From positions 1-28,843 of the forward strand of contig JBDLRH010000030.1 of assembly GCA_039800165.1 (NCBI GenBank): DNA of 28,843 nucleotides, written 5' to 3'. Made by a program: the position numbers and the translations under genes. The notes below the pieces were generated by a model. That model had not been told where the DNA came from. It worked only from the letters and a program-made list of their open reading frames with translations, and made no database searches. Source of the DNA: Pseudomonadota bacterium. Its GTDB lineage: Bacteria > Pseudomonadota > Gammaproteobacteria > Burkholderiales > Burkholderiaceae_C. Every line of letters begins with the position of its first letter. Position 1 is the first letter of the stretch. Shown here piece by piece: positions 22,892 to 28,843 of this stretch.

Positions 22892-23794
22892 TCACTCCAC
22901 ATAGGTCACCAGCCTTTGCAGTCGGGCAAACATCAAATCGAGCAGCATGCCCACCACGCCGATCACCACGATGGCGAAGATCACGTTGGTGAGCGACAGG
23001 TTGTTCCACTCGTTCCACACGAAGTAGCCGATGCCGGTACCGCCCACCAGCATCTCGGCGGCCACGATCACCAGCCAGGCAATGCCCATGCTGATGCGCA
23101 TGCCGGTCAGGATGGTCGGTGCAGCCGCCGGCAGGATGACCCGCAGCGCCTTGCGCATCGGCGAGACCTCCAGCGTGCGCGCCACGTTCAGCCAGTCGCG
23201 CCGCACGCTGGCCACACCAAACGCGGTGTTGATCAGCATCGGCCACACCGAGCAGATGAAGATGACGAACACGCCCGAGATCGACGAGTCCTTGATGGTG
23301 TACAGCGCCAGCGGCATCCACGCCAGCGGGCTGATCGGCTTGAGCACCTGGATGAACGGGTCGAGCGCGCGGTACAGCAGCGGGCTCATGCCGATCACGA
23401 AACCCAGCGGCACCGCCACCAGGCAGGCGAACAGGAAGCCCAGGCCCACGCGGCCAAGCGAGTGCGCGAGCTGGATGGCGATGCCCTTGTCGTTCGGGCC
23501 GTTGTCATAGAACGGATTGGCCAGCTGCTGCGCGAAGGTGGAAGCCACCTGCCCGAGCGTCGGAAAGCCGCTGCTCTTGCCGCTGCCCGAGGCAGAGGCT
23601 GCGCCGACGTCCTTGCCCATGAGCTTGGCGTACTCGATCTGCTCGGGCGTCATGCCGGCGGTTGCGCCACCGGCACTGCCCGCACCACCGGAAGGCAGCG
23701 TGGCCGCGTACCAGATGCCCAGCAGCACTGCCAGGATCAGCAGCGACACGAGGCCGGCGCGCAGGTTCAATGAGGGATGAGCCTGTGTGGACAT
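22892..23794 (-). CDS. cynB: ABC transporter permease, NitT/TauT family
   Basis: Multi-span hydrophobic protein of 300 aa, lying between the binding-protein and ATPase genes. Confidence 0.88.
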   Translation of the reverse strand: MSTQAHPSLNLRAGLVSLLILAVLLGIWYAATLPSGGAGSAGGATAGMTPEQIEYAKLMGKDVGAASASGSGKSSGFPTLGQVASTFAQQLANPFYDNGPNDKGIAIQLAHSLGRVGLGFLFACLVAVPLGFVIGMSPLLYRALDPFIQVLKPISPLAWMPLALYTIKDSSISGVFVIFICSVWPMLINTAFGVASVRRDWLNVARTLEVSPMRKALRVILPAAAPTILTGMRISMGIAWLVIVAAEMLVGGTGIGYFVWNEWNNLSLTNVIFAIVVIGVVGMLLDLMFARLQRLVTYVE

Positions 23795-23800
23795 GGCACA

Positions 23801-25213
23801 TCAACCCATCTTGTGGATGGAGAAGCTCTTGACGTAGTTCTCGGGCTGGGCCGGATCGAACTCCTTGCCCATCACCTTGAACTTGCGGTACGCGCCCTCG
23901 GGCGGCTTGAAGCCGGCCTGCGCCATGTACTTCTTGGCGTCGGTCAGCATGAACACCTTCTCTGCGATCTGCCTGTAGTTGACGTCGCCCTTGATGTAGC
24001 CCCAGCGCTTCATCTGGGTGAGCATCCACACCGCCATGCTCTGCCACGGCACCGGGTCGAAGTTGGCACGGTCGGGCACGTTCTTCACGCCGCCCAGGCC
24101 GTCGGCAAACTTGCCGGTCAGCACCTGCGCGATCACCGTCTCGGGCTGGTTGAGGTACTGCGCCGGCGAGATCACCTTGGCGATCAGTTCGCGGTCTTTG
24201 GGCTGGCTGGCCATGAAGCTGGCGGTCAGCACCGCGCGGTACAGCGCCGCAAAGGTGTTGGGGTTCTGCTTGATGAACTCGTCACTCATGCCGAAGGCAC
24301 AGCACGGGTGGCCGTCCCAGATTTCCTTGGACAGGATGTGGATGAACCCCACCTCGTCGAACACCGCGCGCTGGTTGAACGGGTCCGGGCCCAGGAAGCC
24401 GTCGATGTTGCCCGCGCGCAGGTTGGCCACCATCTCGGGCGGCGGCGTCACGCGGATCTGCACATCGGTGTCGGGGTTGACGCCGTTTTCTGCCAGGTAG
24501 TAGCGCAGCAGGTAGTTATGCATGCTGTGCTCGAAGGGCACCGCGAACTTGAAGCCCTTCCACTGCTTGGGGTCGCGCTTGTCCTTGTGCTTCACATGCA
24601 GGGTGATCGCCTGGCCATTGGTGTTCTGGATGCTGGCCACGTTCATGCCCACCTGGTTGCTGCCCAGGCCCATGCTCATCGCAATCGGCATCGGCGACAG
24701 GAAGTGGCTGGCGTCGTGCTCCTTGTTGATCATCTTGTCGCGAATCAGCGCCCAGCCGGCCGTCTTCATCAGCTGCACGTTCAGGCCTTCCTTGCGATAA
24801 AAGCCCAGCGGGTCGGCCATGATCAGCGGGCTGGCGCAGGTGATCGCGATGAATCCGATCTTCAGGTCCTTCTTCTCGGGCGTGCCGCGGTCTTGCGCCA
24901 TGGCCTGCAGCGCGCTCACCGGCAGCACGGATGCAATGGCTGCGCGCGCCGTGCCAGCGCCCACCGCCTTCAGGAAGCCGCGACGCACGCTGTCCACCGG
25001 GAACAGCGCCTTCATCAGCGTGGCTTCGACGAAGTCGCGGCCGGTTTCCTCTTCGCTTTGCACCAGGGTGCGCGCAGCCTGCGCATGCTCGGTGGGCGCA
25101 TGGTCGCCGCCGCAGGCGCAGCGCATCAGCAGCGGCCGGTCGGCGTCGTAGGCGTCGTAGGTCTTGGCCACGGGCTCAGCGGTCACGCCGGGTGTGGAAG
25201 GCGGCTTGGTCAT
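23801..25213 (-). CDS. cynA: NrtA/CmpA-like periplasmic binding protein with a Tat signal (cyanate/nitrate type)
   Basis: GGAG lies 6 nt upstream of ATG 25213. The twin-arginine motif VRRGFLKAVGAG is present, and the mature part KIGFIAITCASPLIMA... is typical of NrtA-type proteins. The track's upstream extension is unsupported. Confidence 0.88.
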   Translation of the reverse strand: MTKPPSTPGVTAEPVAKTYDAYDADRPLLMRCACGGDHAPTEHAQAARTLVQSEEETGRDFVEATLMKALFPVDSVRRGFLKAVGAGTARAAIASVLPVSALQAMAQDRGTPEKKDLKIGFIAITCASPLIMADPLGFYRKEGLNVQLMKTAGWALIRDKMINKEHDASHFLSPMPIAMSMGLGSNQVGMNVASIQNTNGQAITLHVKHKDKRDPKQWKGFKFAVPFEHSMHNYLLRYYLAENGVNPDTDVQIRVTPPPEMVANLRAGNIDGFLGPDPFNQRAVFDEVGFIHILSKEIWDGHPCCAFGMSDEFIKQNPNTFAALYRAVLTASFMASQPKDRELIAKVISPAQYLNQPETVIAQVLTGKFADGLGGVKNVPDRANFDPVPWQSMAVWMLTQMKRWGYIKGDVNYRQIAEKVFMLTDAKKYMAQAGFKPPEGAYRKFKVMGKEFDPAQPENYVKSFSIHKMG

Positions 25214-25252
25214 GGTGGACTCCATCAAGGTGCGTTGGATGGTCCACCGAGG

Positions 25253-25268
25253 TGCAAGAGCTGTGCCA
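25253..25268 (-). promoter_or_regulatory. Sigma-54 (-24/-12) promoter of the cynABDS operon
   Basis: The minus strand reads TGGCACAGCTCTTGCA, which fits TGGCAC-N5-TTGCW exactly in both blocks and in spacing. It lies about 40 nt upstream of the cynA start. Confidence 0.7.
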
Positions 25269-25393
25269 CAACACGCCACAGCGCGCGATAACACGCTCCG
25301 GCGCGCCAACAGCCAGCCGCAGCACGCCCCAAGCCGCCAACGCACCAAGCAGGGGCCCGAACCGCCCGCAAGCCGTCGGAGTTCCTGACTGGG

Positions 25394-25654
25394 CTATCGG
25401 GTCTTGCGCCCCAGGTTGGGGCGCTCGGTCTCGCCCGACATGCTGCGCAGCACCTCCGCCACCGAAGCCGTGTCGTGTTCGCCGTGGCCCTGCGCCATGG
25501 CGGCGGTGTACAGGCTGGCGCAGGCGTCCAGCAGCGTCATCTCGGCACAGGCCACGTTGTGGATGGCCACCGGGTGGTTGGCTGCGTATTTCAGCTTGGT
25601 GCCGCTGCCTAGCACGCCCACACGCGGCGCCTTCAGGGTGAAGCAGCGCAACAC
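25394..25654 (-). pseudogene. Probable remnant of a beta-hydroxyacid dehydrogenase gene
   Basis: The 86-aa ORF reads VGVLGSGTKLKYAANHPVAIHNVACAE..LLDACASLYTAAMAQGHGEHDTASV. This resembles the G-x-G-x3-K-x3-N helix fused directly to the C-terminal ...Y......G.G..D.S.. segment of HIBADH-type enzymes (compare the intact gene at 16354-17235). There is no Rossmann domain. Confidence 0.35.
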
Positions 25655-25675
25655 CCGCGCGGCGCGCCGGCACGC

Positions 25676-26410
25676 CTACTGGGCAACTGCAGAAAGAAAC
25701 TGCCTGAGCTCCGGCGTCTGCGGATCACCGAACAGGCGATCGGCCGGGCCGACCTCGTGCACCCGACCCTGGTGCATGAACACCACGCGGTCGCTTACCT
25801 TGCGCGCAAAGCCCATCTCGTGCGTGACCATCAAGAGGGTCATGCCCTCGTCGGCCAGCGTCTCCACCACGCGCAGCACCTCGCCCACCAGCTCCGGGTC
25901 CAGCGCGCTGGTGATTTCGTCACACAGCAGCACCGCAGGCTCCATGGCCAGCGCGCGGGCAATCGCCACGCGTTGCTGCTGCCCGCCCGACAGCTGGTCG
26001 GGCATGGCGTCGAACTTCTCGCTCAGGCCCACGCGCTCCAGCAGGCGGCGCGCCTGCGCTTCGGCCTGTGCCTTGTCGTGCTGCTTCACGAGCGTGGGCG
26101 CCAACATCACGTTGCGGCCAGCGCTCAGGTGCGGAAACAGGTTGAAGCTCTGGAAGATCATGCCCACGCGCTGGCGCAAGGCGCGCATCGCGGCGGCGTC
26201 GCCGTGCTTCAGCGCCTGACCTTCCACCGTCAGGCTGCCGGCCTCAAAACTCTCCAGCCCGTTGATGCAGCGAAGCAGCGTGCTCTTGCCCGAGCCGCTC
26301 TTGCCGATGATGGCGATCACCTCGCCAGGCGCCACGTCCAGCGTGATGCCTTTGAGTACCTCGTTGCTGCCAAAGCGCTTGCGCAGGTCGCGGATCTCAA
26401 CGAGCGACAT
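25676..26410 (-). CDS. Polar amino-acid ABC transporter ATP-binding protein
   Basis: The start is at ATG 26410 (MSLVEIRDLRKRFG...). Walker A GKSGSGKST, signature LSGGQQQRVAIARAL and Walker B LLCDEITSALD are present. Confidence 0.93.
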   Translation of the reverse strand: MSLVEIRDLRKRFGSNEVLKGITLDVAPGEVIAIIGKSGSGKSTLLRCINGLESFEAGSLTVEGQALKHGDAAAMRALRQRVGMIFQSFNLFPHLSAGRNVMLAPTLVKQHDKAQAEAQARRLLERVGLSEKFDAMPDQLSGGQQQRVAIARALAMEPAVLLCDEITSALDPELVGEVLRVVETLADEGMTLLMVTHEMGFARKVSDRVVFMHQGRVHEVGPADRLFGDPQTPELRQFLSAVAQ

Positions 26411-27047
26411 GGAATTTCCTCTCAAGCCGGCGCGCGTACAGGCTGACCGGGAAGCACAGCGCAAAGTACAGCAGCGCCACGCAGCTGTAGACCACAAAGG
26501 GCCGGAAGGTGGCGTTGGTGATCATGGTGCCGGCCTTGGTGAGCTCGATGAAACCGATGACCGAGGCCAGCGCGGTGCCCTTGATCACCTGCACCAGAAA
26601 GCCCACCGTGGGCGGGATGGCGATGCGAAAGGCCTGCGGCAGGATGACGTAGCGCAGCTGCTCGCCAAAGCTGAGCGCCAGGCTCTGCGCTGCCTCCCAC
26701 TGCCCGCGCGGCACCGCCTGCACGCAGCCGCGCCAGATCTCGGTGAGGAAGGCGCTGCTGTACAGCGTGAGCGCGAGCGCCGCCGCCGTCCATGCCGAGG
26801 TCTGCACCCCCAGCAGCGCCACGCCAAAGTAAGCCAGGAACAGCTGCATCAGCAGCGGCGTGCCCTGGAACAGCTGAACATAGCCCGCCACCAGCAACTG
26901 CGCGGCGCGTGAGGGCGTGAGCCGCAGCACCAGCAGCGCCAGGCCCACCAGGCCACCGCCCACGAACGCAATCAGCGACAGCACCACCGTCCAGCGCGAG
27001 GCCAGCAGCAGGTTACGCAGGATGTCCCAGAGCGAAAAATCAACCAT
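26397..27047 (-). CDS. Amino-acid ABC transporter permease
   Basis: The start is at ATG 27047 (MVDFSLWDILRN...). The EAA-type loop GQWEAAQSLALSFGEQLRYVILPQA is present. It overlaps the ATPase start by 14 nt. Confidence 0.9.
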   Translation of the reverse strand: MVDFSLWDILRNLLLASRWTVVLSLIAFVGGGLVGLALLVLRLTPSRAAQLLVAGYVQLFQGTPLLMQLFLAYFGVALLGVQTSAWTAAALALTLYSSAFLTEIWRGCVQAVPRGQWEAAQSLALSFGEQLRYVILPQAFRIAIPPTVGFLVQVIKGTALASVIGFIELTKAGTMITNATFRPFVVYSCVALLYFALCFPVSLYARRLERKFHVAR

Positions 27048-27079
27048 GCAATGAACGCCTTGCCTTCGCTGCGCCGCCT

Positions 27080-27742
27080 TCAGCGCCCGCCAAACAGGAA
27101 GCGCGGGCCCAGCCAGTTCAGCAGGCGCCGCACCGCGACGGACAGCACCAGGTACAGCGCGGTGGCGATCAGGAAGGCTTCGAACGCGCGGAAGTTGCGG
27201 CTCTGGATCAGGTTGGCGGCAAAGCTCAGCTCTTCGGTGGAGATCTGCCCGCACACCGCAGAGCCCAGCATCACGATGATGATCTGGCTGACGAGCGCCG
27301 GCCACACGCGGCGCAGGGCCGGCGGCAGCACCACATGCATGAAGGTCTGGCGCGGCGACAACGCCAGGCTTTGCGCGGCCTCGATCTGCCCGCGCGGCGG
27401 GGCCTCGATGCCGGCGCGGAGGATCTCGGTGGCATACGCGCCGAGGTTGATCACCATCGCAAGCACCGAGGCTGCTTCAGGCGAGAGCTTCACGCCCGCC
27501 GCCGGCAGCCCGAAGAACACGAAGAACAGCTGGACGATGAAGGGCGTGTTGCGGATCAGCTCCACATAGGTGCCGGCCAGCGCGCGCAGCACCGCGCCGC
27601 CGTGCACCCGCGCCCAGGCGCACATCACGCCCACCACCATGCCGATCACCGCCGAGATGGCGGTGAGGCCGAGCGTCCAGGCGACGCCCTTGAGCAGCAG
27701 CGGCCACTGCGCAAGCACCGCGCCAAAGTCGAGCGTGATCAC
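27080..27742 (-). CDS. Amino-acid ABC transporter permease
   Basis: A 220-aa multi-span protein with the loop GQIEAAQSLALSPRQTFMHVVLPPA. Confidence 0.9.
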   Translation of the reverse strand: MITLDFGAVLAQWPLLLKGVAWTLGLTAISAVIGMVVGVMCAWARVHGGAVLRALAGTYVELIRNTPFIVQLFFVFFGLPAAGVKLSPEAASVLAMVINLGAYATEILRAGIEAPPRGQIEAAQSLALSPRQTFMHVVLPPALRRVWPALVSQIIIVMLGSAVCGQISTEELSFAANLIQSRNFRAFEAFLIATALYLVLSVAVRRLLNWLGPRFLFGGR

Positions 27743-27792
27743 GCGGCGCGGTCTGGGCTGGGTTGCAGGCTAACGAAAGCGTCAGCGCAGCA

Positions 27793-28587
27793 TCACTGCG
27801 GCAAGTCGCCAGCCGGACGGCCGAGCCACTTGACGGCCATGCGGTCGAGGTCGCCGCTGCGCTTGGCCTCGGCAATGATCTCGTTGACCTTCAGGCGCAG
27901 CTTGTCCTCGCCCTTGCCCACGCCAATGAAGTTGGGGCTGTCCTTGAGCAGCAGCTTGTATTCGGTGTTGAGCTGCGGGTTGCGCGCCATCATGTTGCCC
28001 GCCACCGACGCACCGGTGGCCACCAGCTGCACCTGGCCCGACACGAAGGCCGAGACGGTGGCGTTGTTGTCCTCGAAACGCTTGATGTCGGTGCCGGCCG
28101 GCGCCACCTTGGTGAGCTCCTGGTCTTCGATGGCGCCGCGCGTGACCGAGATGCTCTTGCCTGCGAGGTCGGAAAACGACTTGACGTTGAGCGACTTGGC
28201 GCCAAACACCGCCTGGAAGAAAGGCGAATAGGCGGCGGTGAAGTCGATCACCTTCTCGCGGTCCGGGTTCTTGCCCAGGGTGGAGATCACCAAGTCGGCC
28301 TTCTTGGTCTGCAGGTAGGGGATGCGGTTGGCGCTGGTCACTGGCGTGAGTTCGATCGCCACACCGAGCTTGGCTGCGATGTAGTTGGCCATGTCGATGT
28401 CCAGGCCCTGGGGCTTGAGATCGGTGCCGACCATGCCGTAGGGCGGAAAGTCGGTGGGGATGGCGATGGTGATCTTGCGCGCCTTGAGCACGTTGTCCAG
28501 CGCATCCTGCGCGTGGGCCAGGCCCAGGGTGGACAGTGCGGCCACGCCCAGCAGGGCACGGGCAACGAGACGACGGGTGTAGGACAT
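27793..28587 (-). CDS. Amino-acid ABC transporter periplasmic binding protein (family 3)
   Basis: CAGGAGA lies upstream of ATG 28587 (MSYTRRLVARALLGVAALSTLGLAHAQ, a signal peptide). The mature part KITIAIPTDFPPYGMV...GLDIDMANYIA is typical of the family. Confidence 0.9.
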   Translation of the reverse strand: MSYTRRLVARALLGVAALSTLGLAHAQDALDNVLKARKITIAIPTDFPPYGMVGTDLKPQGLDIDMANYIAAKLGVAIELTPVTSANRIPYLQTKKADLVISTLGKNPDREKVIDFTAAYSPFFQAVFGAKSLNVKSFSDLAGKSISVTRGAIEDQELTKVAPAGTDIKRFEDNNATVSAFVSGQVQLVATGASVAGNMMARNPQLNTEYKLLLKDSPNFIGVGKGEDKLRLKVNEIIAEAKRSGDLDRMAVKWLGRPAGDLPQ

Positions 28588-28783
28588 GGGGGTCTCCTGA
28601 AAATGACGGGTGCCTTGGCTATGCAGGGTTTGTGCCTGCGCTGACTGCCCTCCCGCGCACCAGTTTAGTGCAGCGCCACCCCGGTCCGGGGCCCCGCAGA
28701 TCGGCCCGGTTATCGCGCGGGCCCAAAGGGCGAGCTTGACGCGCATCAATCACGCACACCTTGTGCGCCTGTGAAATGCAGTC

Positions 28784-28843
28784 ATGCCCGCGCCGCTGCT
28801 GCACACCCGCGACCTCGGCAAGACCTACACCCTGGGCGCGCAG
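28784..28843 (+). CDS. Start of an ABC-type ATP-binding protein, truncated by the window edge
   Basis: ATG 28784 opens MPAPLLHTRDLGKTYTLGAQ, which looks like the usual N-terminus of an ABC ATPase. Only 20 codons are visible. Confidence 0.35.
   Translation, partial: MPAPLLHTRDLGKTYTLGAQ

Noticed and set aside
17312-25291. Long antisense ORFs across the acyl-CoA synthetase, ThDP enzyme, cyn transporter and binding-protein genes (17312-19009, 19074-20621, 22024-22992, 22202-23773, 23777-25291, 20736-21470)
   Set aside because: They have no recognisable motifs and a biased Arg/Ala/His/Gly composition. Each fully overlaps a well-supported gene on the other strand.
25269-25420. NtrC-type upstream activator sites (TGCACC-N5-GGTGCA) upstream of the sigma-54 promoter
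   Set aside because: Only isolated half-site-like strings (GCACCA, GGTGCA) are visible, with no convincing dyad by eye.
28588-28640. A possible sigma-54 promoter upstream of the amino-acid binding-protein gene (minus strand, GGCAC-N5-ATTTT)
   Set aside because: The -12 block lacks the conserved GC, so it does not meet the consensus.
1-28843. CRISPR arrays, rRNA genes, IS elements with terminal inverted repeats, and integron attC-type cassettes
   Set aside because: I found no regularly spaced direct repeats, no transposase-like ORF and no rRNA-like sequence on reading through both strands. The only repeated element is the three-copy palindrome reported above.

Overview
The window has two parts.

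**Accessory region (nt 1 to about 7.9 kb).** This DNA has lower GC than the rest. Spot counts of single 60-nt lines give about 38% at the far left, 55-60% through most of it, and 48-60% in the last gene.
- It ends with an orphan 3' half of a tRNA gene at 6466-6510. I read this as the distal att scar of a tRNA-inserted genomic island whose other end lies left of the window.
- Most genes here are ones I cannot place in a family.
- The most unusual is a two-gene operon: a 290-aa unknown protein plus a short RFC/clamp-loader-type AAA+ ATPase that lacks the collar domain. It is divergent from a 327-352-aa basic protein with a Trp-rich N-terminal motif.
- Next to it is a FimB/FimE-sized tyrosine recombinase with no core-binding domain.
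- Three copies of one palindrome (GTGTCGTG-N3-5-CACGACAC) sit at gene 3' ends. They bracket both the operon pair and the recombinase gene.
- I consider this module the best candidate for something undescribed, but I cannot assign it a function from sequence alone.

**Core-like region (about 7.9-28.8 kb).** This is roughly 70% GC and resembles a Burkholderiales/Comamonadaceae-type chromosome. That attribution is an inference from GC content and the Bug-family binding proteins. It contains:
- a GntR / Bug / IlvD-Edd dehydratase / RraA-like aldolase sugar-acid cluster;
- a PhnD-like binding protein plus an orphan HAMP-PAS histidine kinase;
- a second Bug protein and a beta-hydroxyacid dehydrogenase;
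- a divergent acyl-CoA synthetase and ThDP enzyme pair with a triple-GAATTC palindrome between them, followed by a second GntR regulator;
- a cynABD-cynS cyanate uptake and cyanase operon behind a near-consensus sigma-54 promoter;
- a polar amino-acid ABC transporter operon.

I saw no CRISPR array, rRNA, intact tRNA or IS element. Many long ORFs in the track within the high-GC part are antisense shadow ORFs and are rejected.
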